Below, in pieces: positions 30,280-42,544 of a stretch of 64,000 nucleotides of DNA. The stretch lies in assembly GCF_009914755.1 (NCBI RefSeq), contig NC_060927.1; one strand, written 5' to 3'. The stretch comes from the human T2T-CHM13v2.0 reference genome, Homo sapiens. Position 1 is the stretch's first letter, and every line of letters begins with the position of its first letter. The notes beneath the pieces are model-generated. The model had not been told where the DNA came from and searched no databases. It saw only the letters and a program-made list of their open reading frames with translations. The translations under genes and the position numbers were made by a program.

Positions 30280-30960
30280 ACCTCCGTTTTCCCACAGAGG
30301 CTAGCGGAAGCCATGCAGGGCTGTCATTAGACTCCCTGAGCCGTGGTTAAATTACCTGAGGAGCGGTGCCCACTCCGGAAGTGGGTGCACTTAGACTTCC
30401 GTTTGTTTCCTCAAATCCGGTCATGGGATTTTTCTCTTCCTCAGAGAGGCAGCGGGATCCATTACTTCCAGTTCACCGCTTTCCCAGCACCATTTCAAAT
30501 GCGCTTTGGTAAGGAGAACAAAGACAATGAGACCTCTTGGTATGCCTGCGTCTCCAGGTTGGGGTGTCTGTGAAAAAATCTCGGGGTTCTGTGGACTCTC
30601 CAGTCAGTTTCTGTGGAGTCAGAGTTAGGGGTAACCCTCGTCCTGGATCTTTGCAATTAATTTAGAAACTTGGAGAGATTTTTTTGCTTTTGGATTTTCT
30701 TTTTTTCCCCTGGGGCCGCCATTCTGGGAGTTTATTGCCTTCAATTAAGTCTCTCTGCTTGTTGTAGGTGAATTACTTTTGCTCATTTTTACCGTAATTT
30801 ACTCTTCAGACCCTGGGGAAACAATCGGCTCCAGGCAGCCATTTTCATCACAGCATCATTCACAAGAGAAATAACATCATCATGTGCCTGATAAAGTACA
30901 ATAATATCATCTCTTGTATCCATTTTGTGAACTATCCACAACATTTTTAATCCTTTTATG
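30280..30960. promoter_or_regulatory. Candidate promoter/enhancer (ETS and YY1 motifs, CpG-retaining unique DNA)
   Basis: CCGGAAGT 30375-30382, ACTTCCG 30395-30401, GCCGCCATT 30715-30723, GCAGCCATTTT 30835-30845; local CpG excess. Confidence 0.4.
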
Positions 30961-31345
30961 TAACTTACTGTGACTCAAGCTACCACCTATGGGAATGTAA
31001 GCTCACTGGGGGCTCGCTGGGGACCTCCTCTTATTTGCCACTTTTTCCCAGCAGTATGTACAGTGCCTGGAATGTGTGGGCAGTTCACAAGTTGGTCGAA
31101 TTAATAATAGACAAGTATTCGGGTTACATTACTAATTATTTTTAAATCATATGGAGTATGAAATTTGAGAAGAGAAGTAAGTGGTCTGGTGATTTGGCTT
31201 ACACATTTCACCACTCACCTTTACTAAGATGGAAAATTAAATGCTATCTGTAGGTCCACAGTCAGAAAGAAAAAAAGTGATAAATAAGGACAGGTTGGAA
31301 AGACTTATGAACTAGCATTATAACGGTTCTCTCAAAGCTCTTTAA

Positions 31346-31346
31346 A

Positions 31347-31378
<32 letters not shown>

Positions 31379-31635
31379 GCACTGTTGCACATGCTAGAGT
31401 GTAGTGGCACCATCTCAGCTCACTGCAACCTGAGCCTCCCGGTTCAAGCAATTCTCGTGCCTCATCCACCAGAGTAGCTGGAACTACAGGCACGCGACAC
31501 CACGCCCAGCTAATTTTTGTACTTTTGGTAGAGACGGGGTTTCGCCCTGTCGGCCAGGCTGGTCGCAAACTCCTGGCCTCAAGGAATCCGCCCACCTACA
31601 CCTCCCAAAGTGCTGGGATTACAGGCGTAAGCTCT
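31346..31635 (-). mobile_element. Alu (Sz6/Jb-like) with (AC)13 replacing its 3' end
   Basis: Alu body abuts (AC)n at 31347-31372 with no poly(T). Confidence 0.9.
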
Positions 31636-31798
31636 TGGCTCACACTGAAGGCTCTTTTGATTATCAGCAGCACACCCTACTCAAAGTAACTCAAATGAAA
31701 ATGGAAGGTGAGAGTTAGTTGTAATGCTACAGCAACCTCACAGACACCAAAAAGTAGAAATGAAATTTAGTTGGACATTATGCAAACCAGAGCATGGC

Positions 31799-31846
31799 GA
31801 GCAGAATAACCAAGATTTCTCTGAGCAGAATAACCAAGATTTCTCT
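31799..31846. repeat. Perfect 24-bp tandem duplication
   Basis: GAGCAGAATAACCAAGATTTCTCT x2. Confidence 0.97.
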
Positions 31847-32384
31847 ATGTGGCTTTTCTCATTTATGCATCTCAGAGTCAGGTCCTTCATCTTTCTCTCA
31901 CCTGGCTTCCTCTGCCTACTCATCTTACATAACATAGCGCAGCAGTGGTAACTTCAGATCCTAGGTTACATGACTTGTCTACTCTAGTGCCCATCTTTGA
32001 TGATAACCTCTCTGCATGAGCATCTAAGTAAACTTATTTGACTTTGAGAAGCGCTTTAGAAGTCATAGGTAGGTAGCCAACCAATGCAGTGGTCACCTTT
32101 GAGTCAGGTGTCCATCTCCAGACCAACCTCCAGTGGCTGTGGTCATGGAAGGAGGTGGACATATTATTTAGAAAGCTTCAAGGATAAGGCCGACAATGAA
32201 ATACATCTAGTACTTTTGTATCGCTGATAGTCTATGAACTCCTTGGTGTTAAGGATGTTGTTTCATTCTTCTTTGTTATATGTGGTGCCTAGTATTGGGG
32301 CTGGTACATAATAGATATTCAGCAGTTATCTGAAGAACACTAGAATGATGCATGGCTGAGAATGAACGCCCACCAAACTCTTAT

Positions 32385-33100
32385 GGCATACCATGTCACA
32401 CACACATGTAAGAATAATTATAAACAAAAAGACATAAATAACAAGTGTTGACAAGGATGTGGAGAAACTAGAACCCTCATACATTGCTAGCAAGTAGATA
32501 AAATAGTGCAGCCTCTTTGGAAAACAGTGTGGAAGTTTCTTAAAATGTTAAACATAAATTTGCCATATGACAGTAAAAATCACTCCTGGGTATCTAACCA
32601 AGAGAACTGAAAACATGTATACATAATGGCTTGCACACAAATGTTCATGCAAGCATTATTCATAACAGTTGAAAAGTGGAAGCAACTCAAACATCTATCA
32701 GTTGGTGAATGGATAAACAAAATGTGACATAGTCATACAATGGAATACTATAAAAATGAACTAAGTATTGACAAATGCTAAAATGTGTGTGGACTCCAAA
32801 ACTATTATGTTAGGTGAAAGAAGCCACATACAAAGACCACATATTTTGTGATTCAATTTATATAAAATGTTCATAAAAGGCAAATCTACAGAATCAGAAA
32901 GTAGACTAATGGCTGCCTGAGGATGAGTGTGGAAACAAGGAGTAACTGCAAATTGGCATCTCCTTTGGGGTTAATAAAAATATTCAAAACTTAGAGTGTT
33001 GTAATGGTCACACAACTGTACATTACTAAAAATCATTAAATTATACACTTAAAATAAGTGCATTTTATGATTTGCAAAGTATACCTCGATAAAGCTTTTT
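32385..33100 (+). mobile_element. L1MB8-like 3' region
   Basis: AACAAGTGTTGACAAGGATGTGGAGAAACTAGAACCCTCATACATTGCT...ATACCTCGATAAAGC. Confidence 0.85.
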
Positions 33101-33103
33101 TTA

Positions 33104-33426
<323 letters not shown>

Positions 33427-34976
33427 CTTAGCCGATCCTTAAGTTTACTTTCCCACTGTTTTCTGAATATACCCAATCCACTGTTAGTTTCACATTCTCC
33501 ATGCAATCTAGTTTGTGCCAGTATGATCCTAGCAAAATCAGGGAGGTCAACCTATTCATTTTGGCTGATAAAAAGCAAGTAAATTGTGTCCAATTATCAC
33601 CGGCCATAGCTAAGATAGTATTGATTGTGTTAGCCTCTTCTTTATCTTCATGGCCTAGATGACCAGTAAAATGAATTCCCACAATAAACATAAATTATTT
33701 ATCTGGGGAGGTATTACATACTGTTATTATATGGGCCATTCGCTTGCCCAAGAAAATAGAGCCTGCTGGTCACTTTAGGCATCCATAAAAACTATAATGT
33801 CATTGCCCAATACAGGATGTATTATCAGTGCATGGGAGTGCTTAATGTTACATTCTTCACCAATACATATTGTGATGCTTTTATAATCTCTTTAACATAA
33901 ATAATATTTCCATGTAGTTAAGGCTAAACATGACATAAAGATACAAAACAGTTGTAGAAATGGTCAGAATATTTCTCAGCTACCAATATCCTTTTTCCTG
34001 AGTGGTAAAGAGAGGATATTGTTGAAGAGATAACAATTTTTAAAAATAACTGTATCAGATCAGATCTTTGTATTTTATAGACATTTTTCTGATTCGAGAA
34101 AAAATTACTCTTATGCATTCAAGTGGCCCTAACTCCATCCTTGCCACTCACATGGTGCTTGAAAACGTCTTGAAGTAAGGAATCACCCAACTACTCTCCC
34201 TTTCTACCCTTTTCCAAAGAGACTTCTGCTCTAAAACAAATTTTTGTAAGTTTTTGCCCAATCTCCTGGATGGATCACAAATTATGCCAGGTATGATTTA
34301 AATAAAACTAATGTCTTTATTTTTTAAAAAATCCTATGGATTTTCTAGGCAAGCTGAACGGTTAGCTAAAAAATAAATAAACATTTTAATGTGTGTGTGT
34401 ATGTGTGTGTAAATGTTTCTTTAGACAACTGTTTTAGGTATTGTGATACCCTCTAAAGATTTTTCTCTCAAACTTAGCCAATAAATGTTTGATTAGCCCC
34501 TTGGGAAAACCCCTAGCACTACAAAATGTAGTTGTGGGAGGAAGGATGGTGATAGTGATAGGAAGCCAGTTACAGAGATGTTTTTAAGGTGATAGAGCAA
34601 GGCTTAGCATCAGGTAGAGAACAAAAGAATAAGCACCAAAAGAGGGTGAAAAACCTGCCAAATACTAGCCATGGTCTCTGGAAATGCACAGCAAAAAATG
34701 AGTTAAGGATTCCTAAATAGAAAATCAAATGATTAAATTGTTTCCTAATTAACCAGAGCACCTTGTAGGAACTGATTATAAATTAGGAAAATAATAAACT
34801 TGTGCATCATAAATCAAGCAGAACATATTCCTTAAGGCATGATGGATGGAAAACAATGGATTGAACTTATTAAAAGTTCACTGCAAACATAAAAAGATTT
34901 TGATTTAAAAACTGTTTATATTTCCTGCTTATCATATGACCTTCTTAAATGAAATAGATCCTGAAACACATTTTTC

Positions 34977-36955
34977 TTTTTTTTTTAATTTATTTATTTT
35001 TTATTGATAATTCTTGGGTGTTTCTCACAGAGGGGGACTTGGCAGGGTCATAGGACAATAGTGGAGGGAAGGTCAGCAGATAAACAAGTGAACAAAGGTC
35101 TCCGGTTTTCCTAGGCAGAGGACCCTGCGGCCTTCCGGCCTTCCGCAGTGTTTGTGTCCCTGGGTACTTGAGATTAGGGAGTGGTGATGACTCTTAACGA
35201 GCATGCTGCCTTCAAGCATCTGTTTAACAAAGCACATCTTGCACCGCCCTTAATCCATTTAACCCTGAGTGGACACAGCACATGTTTCAGAGAGCACAGG
35301 GCTGGGGGTAAGGTCACAGATCAACAGGATCCCAAGGCAGAAGAAGTTTTCTTAGTACAGAACAAAATGAAAAGTCTCCCATGTCTACTTCTTTCTACAC
35401 AGACACGGCAACCATCCGATTTCTCAATCCCTTCCCCACCCCTCTCGCCTCTCCATTCCACAAAGCCGCCACTGTCATCCTGGTCCGCTCTCAATGAGCT
35501 GCTGGGCACACCTCCCAGACGGGGTGGTGGCCGGGCAGAGGGGCTCCTCACTTCCCAGTAGGGGCGGCCGGGCAGAGGCGCCCCTCACCTCCCGGGCGGG
35601 GCGGCTGGCCGGGCGGGGGGCTGACCCCCCCACCTCCCTCCCGGACGGGGCGGCTGGCCGGGCGGGGGGCTGACCCCCCCACCTCCCTCCCGGACGGGGC
35701 GGCTGGCCGGGCAGGGGGCTGTCCCCCCCACCTCCCTCCCGGACGGGGCGGCTGGCCTGGCAGAGGGGCTCCTCACTTCCCAGTAGGGGCGGCCGGGCAG
35801 AGGTGCCCCTCACCTCCCGGACGGGGCGGCTGGCCGGGCAGAGGGGCTCCTCACTTCCCAGTAGGGGCGGCCGGGCAGAGGCGCCCCTCACATCCCGGAC
35901 GGGGCGGCTGGCCTGGCGGGGGGCTGACCCCCCTACCTCCCTCCCGGATGGGGCAGCTGGCCGGGTGGGGGGCTGACCCCCCCACCTCCCTCCGGGACGG
36001 GGCGGCTGGCGGGGCGGGAGGCTGGCCCCCCCACCTCCCTCCCGGATGAGACGGCTGGCCTGGCGGGGGGCTGAGCCCCCCCACCTCCCTCCCGGATGGG
36101 GTGGCTGCCGGGCGGAGAGGCTCCTCACTTCTCAGACGGGGCGGCTGCCGGGCGGAGGGGCTCCTCACTTCTCAGACGGGGCGGTTGCCGGGCAGAGGGT
36201 CTCCTCACTTCTCAGATGGGGCGGCCGGGCAGAGATGCTCCTCACCTCCCAGACGGGGTCGGGGTCGGGCAGAGGTGCTCCTCACATCCCAGACGGGGCG
36301 GCGGGGCAGAGGCACTCCCCACGTCTCAGATGATGGGCGGCAGGGCAGAGATGCTCCTCACTTCCTAGATGTGATGGCGGACGGGAAGAGGTGTTCCTCA
36401 CTTCCTACGTGGGATGGCAGCCGGGCGGAGACGCTCCTCACTTTCCAGACTGGGCAGCCAGGCAGAGGGGCTCCTCACATCCCAGATGATGGGCGGCCAG
36501 GCAGAGACGCTCCTCACTTCCCAGACGGGGTGGCGGCCGGGCAGAGGCTGCAATCTCGGCACTTTGGGAGGCCAAGGCAGGCGGCTGGGAGGTGGAGGTT
36601 GTAGCGAGCCGAGATCACGCCACTGCACTCCAGCTTGGGCACCATTGAGCACTGAGTGAACGAGACTCCGTCTGCAATCCCGGCACCTCGGGAGGCCGAG
36701 GCTGGCGGATCACTTGCAGTTAGGGGCTGGAGACCGGCCTGGGCAACACAGCGAAACCCTGTCTGCACCAAAACCAGTCAGGCGTGGCGGCGCGAGCCTG
36801 CAATCGCAGGCACTGGGCAGGCTGAGTCAGGAGAATCAGGCAGGGAGGCTGCAGCGAGCCGAGATGGCAGCAGCACAGTCCAGCCTCGGCTCAGCATGAG
36901 AGGGAGACTGTGGGGAGAGGGAGAGGGAGACTGAGAGGGAGAGGGAGAGGGAGAG
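34977..36955 (-). mobile_element. SVA retrotransposon (D/E lineage), near full length: hexamer, Alu-like, VNTR, SINE-R, poly(A)
   Basis: (GGGAGA)n at ~36915-36955; Alu-like ~36545-36900; GC-rich VNTR ~35510-36545; SINE-R ~35000-35510; poly(T); perfect 17-bp TSD CCTGAAACACATTTTTC at 34960-34976 and 36956-36972. Confidence 0.98.
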
Positions 36956-37824
36956 CCTGAAACACATTTTTCAAAGGCTGAGATACTGATTTTACTGCAC
37001 TAATAGAAGAAAAAGGAAAAGCGAGAAAAAAAATCAGCCCAAAACATTACATGACTCAATGTCTTGGGGACATAATGGGATTATAAATAATAAGAATATT
37101 CTATACCAAATTTTTTGGCTATAAACAGAATAAAGTCTGAAATTGAGGTGTTTGTCTTTATGAGTTGATATGCAAGACATTTATCTTTATCATGGTTTAT
37201 TTAAAAGATACTTGAGCTTAAAATGGAAGAGCTGGAAATAATCACGTTTTGGAAAACTAAACTAAGAAAATAGCTTTTGAATAGTGTGAGAACAAAGGAA
37301 TAGGTATTCAAGAGTGTGTATGCTGTAATATTGCACTAATTTGGATCAGTAAGGATAAGGCCAGTCTAACTTAGTAAAATATGAACAGGAAAATATTTCC
37401 AAAGAAAACAAATGTATTTTTCTAGTACATGTGCCTGAAATGGAAAAAAAAAATGGCTAACAAAGTGCTGGACCTGATGTTAGAGCTGGTGTTAATTGAT
37501 AAATGAGATGCATTTGTAAATGTACATTAATTGGGTTTTTTTTTTTTTTGCACCTAATCAACAAGTGTGTACATTCACTGAGCTCCTTTTTGCATGCCCA
37601 CCAATGTGCAGAATACCGGGAAGGACACTAGAGAAACATAAGAGGACTTCATAAATCTGGCTTTTTTAAGGAATCAATGAATTTATTAAGTAGTCTATCC
37701 TAGTAGAGGGTCATATATTTCTAAAGTAGTCAGAGACTCCTCCATGATTACAAAAGAACATATTTCCTGAATAGCCATTGTTATGGGCATTTGTTGTTGC
37801 CCTGTACCATCATCCAATGATAAC

Positions 37825-37860
37825 CTTCAAGAACTGTTCAGGAACAAACAGTTCTTGAAG
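37825..37860. repeat. Perfect 14-bp inverted repeat with 8-nt loop
   Basis: CTTCAAGAACTGTT-caggaaca-AACAGTTCTTGAAG. Confidence 0.95.
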
Positions 37861-38019
37861 TGTTTTCAGTCACTTTTACTCAGCATCTAGTCCAACTGCT
37901 ATTGGTATGCCATCAGTAACAACCCCAATTTCTTCTAATGTACCACTTATTCTCTCATTTGTAATGGGATACCTGACCATTATTTTCATTTTAATCCTTT
38001 TGAAGTAATAATTATAATA

Positions 38020-38815
38020 ATTAGTTCCAGGGGTACATGTGCAGGTTTATTATATAGGTAAATTTGTGTCACGGGAGTTTGTTATAAAGATTATTTCATC
38101 ACCCAGGTACTAAGCCTAGTACCCAATAGTATTTTTTCTGATCCACCCTCCATCCTCAAGTAGGCCTCAGTGTCTGTTGTTTCCCTCTATGTGTCCATGT
38201 GTTCTAATTATTTAGCTCCCACTTATAAGTGAGAACATGCAGTATTTGGTTTTCTGTTCCTGTGTTTGTTTGCTAAGGATAATGGCCTCCAACTCCATCA
38301 ATGTTTCTGCAAAGAACATGATCTCATTGTTTTTTATGGCTGCATAGTATTCTGCAGTGTATACGTATCATATTTTCTTTATCCAATCTGCCATTGATGG
38401 GCATTCAGATGAATTCCATGTCTTTGCTATTGTGAATAGTGCTGCAATGAACATATACATTCATGTGTCTTTATGGTAGAATGATTTATATTCCTTTGGG
38501 TATATATCCAGTAATGGGATTGCTGGATTAAATGGTAGTTCTGTTTTTAGCTCTTTGAGGAATTACCACACTGCTTTCCACAATGGTTAAACTAATTTAC
38601 ACCTCCACCAGCATTCCCTCCAGCATCTGTTATTTTTTTACTTTTTAATAACAGCCATTCTGACTGGTGTGAGATGGCAGCTCATTGTGGTTTTGATTTG
38701 CATTTCTCTAATGATCAATGATAGTGATCTTTTTTTCATATGCTTGTTGGCCGCATGTATGTCTTCTTTTGAAAAATGTCTGTTCATGTCCTTTGCCCAC
38801 TTTTTAATGGGGTTG
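38020..38815 (-). mobile_element. L1PA15/16-like 3' fragment
   Basis: GGGGTACATGTGCAGGTTT...GCTCCCACTTATAAGTGAGAACATGCAG; ORF 38638..38820 gives an ORF2 remnant ([19 protein letters not shown]). Confidence 0.92.
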
Positions 38816-38849
38816 AACATACATTCTTATATGACAGCTTTTATGATAA

Positions 38850-39405
38850 CCTGCTCTGGTGGACACCAGATTTTTATCTGCTGGCATCCATTTCCCCTTC
38901 TTTTGGAAATACAATCCAAATTTTATTTTGAGGAACTTCTCGTACTCTCACTACCACAAGCCCCTACCTCAAAACACACACACTTATAGTCTATATGGAT
39001 TAGGTCACTTGTCATGTGACCCAGGCTGGACTTCTTGATATATTCTATCTCCCTTACTATAGTCATTGGCCAGGGATGACACATACTTATCCAAAAAAAT
39101 ACATACTTATCCAGTTTTTCTGGAATTATTGGGAAGGAGAAGATCACTTTCTGCTGTGGTTACTAGCTATAAGGATAATCATGTAAACCTGGAGAAGCCG
39201 CTTGAGACTGAAGCCAATAAAAAAACCAAACCTGGAGATGGAAAAAGAGACAGAATCTTGGTAACGTTAAGTTCCCTGGACTCAGCTATACCTGAAGTCT
39301 ATTACTAGACCTGTAAGTTATATTAGCCATTATAGCCTTTTTTTGTATTATGCTGTTTTGAGTTCGGCATCTGACCCCTGCAACTAGAAATACCTGCTTA
39401 ATAAA
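38850..39405 (+). mobile_element. Old MLT1 (K/L-like) LTR
   Basis: CATGTGACCCAGGCTGG...CCTGGACTCAGCTATACCTGAAG. Confidence 0.55.
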
Positions 39406-40739
39406 TATATTTTGATTTCTATAGCAATCCTCTGGACAAGATATGGGAATCCTTTACCTTTTATGCATTGGAAATCTGAGGCTCAAAGAGATTAAGAATG
39501 TTTCCCAACACAGCCATTATGTGTTAGATTCAGGATTCAAACCCACGTTCATCTAACACCAAAGTGCATCTTCTTAACCCCTGCTATGATCTTTTCCTGT
39601 GCCTCATTCTCCCTGTGGCCTAAGTGTTTTAAACAGCCTCTGACACATACTAGATACTCTGTCAATGTTATATAACTTAGTTGGCATTAGAAGAGAGAGG
39701 AAATGGCTTTCCTGTCTAAAGAACAAAGGCATATAATAAAATAGCATGGAAGAAAACAAATTGGGGAGTGGGGGATTATAGAGGGTAGGGAAGAAGATTA
39801 AGACAAATTTGGCTAGAATAAAGGATTTTGGGGAATTCCTGGAAACTGGCCCAGTCAAATCTTTTTAAAATATAGCTAATTCTCAAACATGGGTTAAACA
39901 TTTACCTAGACTACCTTATTTATCTGATTCATTTACTTATAAAAGTAACCCATACTTCATAGATATCACAGAGGTAAACTTCAGAATGATTAAATTTGCC
40001 AAATTCCTAATAAGTAAAGGCTGATCAATACATTCTTTTCCATATTTAAGACAAGCTTTTCCACTTTGCTACTATATCATGACGCTAGATTTTTTTTTAA
40101 CCCACACTAGTTAATGATCCCAAAAGGGCTCAGTTTCTGTTCATGTTCCAAGAGCTGGGATGCTTATCTAAGAACAAACCTCCTGCAGAGTTCAAAAGGA
40201 ACTCTACCCTCAGATATGCTCTGTGGAATTGTGTAGCAAGATCAGAAACAGCCTCTTAAATGGAATGCAGACACATCTGTCCTAATTAAATAATACCCCG
40301 TGTAGCCTCTGGCTTAATCATATTACAAAACACCCCCCAAATATCATGAACCCCAGTGTACACAAAGACACATGAGGGCCAAGTCTGCAGTATGCTCATG
40401 CTGGCAAGAACGTACAATATAAAATTGGCTGCTAAATTATATCCATGTCATGGATCTCTGCCAAGGATGGCTGACAAGCCTCACCTGTCTCGTTCACTCA
40501 TCTTTTGCAGGTCTGAGTCCATTAGGCAGATGATGGGGGAGTGAGGCTAAAGCAAACTGAAGATATTCAGACTCCATACGTCCATGAAAATGGATAATTG
40601 CACAGAGATTCCATCCCAGATGATAGCCCAGGAGGCAAAGAACTCATTGAGAAACTCCATAAATTGTCCTTACTATTTAGCATATGTAAAATACATGAAA
40701 TCATGATAGCTTTAAGTCACCAAAGGCTTGCTATAGTCC

Positions 40740-40960
40740 AGACACTTTGTTAAGGTTTTTGCAATCCTTATCCTCATAACCAGCCCCATGGGGTTTTTAC
40801 AATTGTTATTGTGCCAATTCCAGAGCTAGGGAGAGTGAGGCTCAGTGAAGTCAGTTACCTGCCCAAGGTTACACAACTCAAAAGTGACAAGCCTGGATTC
40901 AATTTTATGGCTGATTGTCTTGGGAATGAGGGTACTTAACCCATTATGTTACACCACCAC
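40740..40960 (-). mobile_element. MIR
   Basis: TGAGGCTCAGTGAAGTCAGTTACCTGCCCAAGGTTACACAACT. Confidence 0.7.
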
Positions 40961-41022
40961 TCCAGAGACTACCCAGAGCACTAAAGATGTCTTCTAGATT
41001 GCAGTTAGGTTCAATTGCATTT

Positions 41023-42151
41023 CTTTTCATTTTTGTGTTGTGGTAAAATATGCATAACTTAAAATTTACGATTATATAATTTTCAAGTGTATAACTCTAT
41101 GGCGTTAGGTACGTCACATTGTTGTGCAGCAGTTACCACCCTCAATTCAAGAACTCTTCCATCCCTCTAAACTGAAACTCTACACACCCTTAACAATGAC
41201 TCTCCCATTCTGCTGGGGAAGGTGGCTCATGCCTATAATCCCAACACTTTGGGAGGCTGAGGTGGGCAGATTGCTTGACCCCAGGAGTTTGAGACCAGCC
41301 TGGACAACATAGCAAGGCCTCATCTCAACAAAAAATAAAAATTAAATTAAATTTTAAAATAACTCCACATTCCTCCCTTCCTGCAGCTGCTGGTAATCAC
41401 TATTCTAATTTCTGTCTCTATGAATTTGAATACTGTAGGTTCATCATATAAATAGAAACATAAAATATTTGTCCTTTTATGTCTGGCTTATTTCACCTAA
41501 CATAATATCTTCAAAGTTTGTCCGTGTTGTAGCATGTATCAGAATTCCTTTTTAAGGCAGAATAATATTCCATTATATACATATACTACATTTTGCTTAT
41601 CCATTCATCTGTTGGATAAATGCTTTCAATTCTTTTGGGCACACTCCCAGATCTAGCTAGATCATCTGGTAATGCTATGTTTAATTTTTTGAGGACCACC
41701 ATACTATTCTCCACTGTGGCTGCAGCATATTACATTCCCATCCATAACGCACAAGGACTCCATTTTTTCCACATCCTCACCAACACTTACTATCTTCTGT
41801 CTTGGGTTTTTATTGCTTGTTTATTTTTTGTTTTTCAATAATACTCATCCTAATGAGAGTGAAGCAGTATCTCATCGTGGTTTTGATTTGCACTTCCATA
41901 ATTATTCATGATGTTGAGCATCTTCTCATGTGCTTATTTGCCATCTACATATCTTCTTTGGAGGAATGTCATTTTGAGTTGTTTGCCCACTTTTGAACTG
42001 GGTTGTTTGTTTTTTGTTCTTGAGTTGTAGGAGTACTTTATATATCCTAAGTATTAATCCCTTATTAGAAATATGATTTGCCCATATTTTCTGCCATTGT
42101 GTGGGTTGCCTTTCAATCCATTGTTATGTTTTCATGCATAAAAGTTTTTAA
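41023..42151 (-). mobile_element. L1MB-type 5'-truncated element with intact TSD, containing a FLAM
   Basis: L1MB 3' motifs; TSD GTTCAATTGCATTT at 41009-41022 and 42152-42165. Confidence 0.88.
41211..41357 (+). mobile_element. FLAM_C
   Basis: Left monomer with A-tail; degenerate TSD AATGACTCTCCCATTC / AATAACTCCACATTC. Confidence 0.85.
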
Positions 42152-42544
42152 GTTCAATTGCATTTTATTGAAAAATGTTTATCATCTGTGTACACAGCAC
42201 TTTGGTCACAAGGAGATGTTAAGAGATAACAAAGATCCTCATCATTAGAGAGTAAAGCACAGAGGAGGCATCATATGATTAAAGCCATTGGGGGACATAA
42301 AAAAGTGCTAGGGGCAAGAGACAGAGGAAGTGATGGTTCATATCAATAATAGAGACCTGAAAAACCTTCCAAGAGTCATCTCACATGGAATTATTGCCAA
42401 ATAAGAGAGTCTGGAGAAGGTAGAGACCCTTGATGACCACTTGTAAATTCCCTATGAGAGAAATAACAGGATGCAGCAGGGTTAGAGGGAAGGAAAGAAA
42501 ATCCATTGATTGCTGTAAGATGTCAGCAAGTACATTAGGAAAAA

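Noticed and set aside
35510-36545. Repeat array resembling a CRISPR or a CpG-island promoter
   Set aside because: It is the SVA VNTR: tandem GC-rich units without unique spacers, with no cas genes, in primate DNA.
35181-36934. Multiple overlapping ORFs up to 217 aa
   Set aside because: GC-rich SVA VNTR/Alu-like sequence lacks stops; SVA is non-coding.
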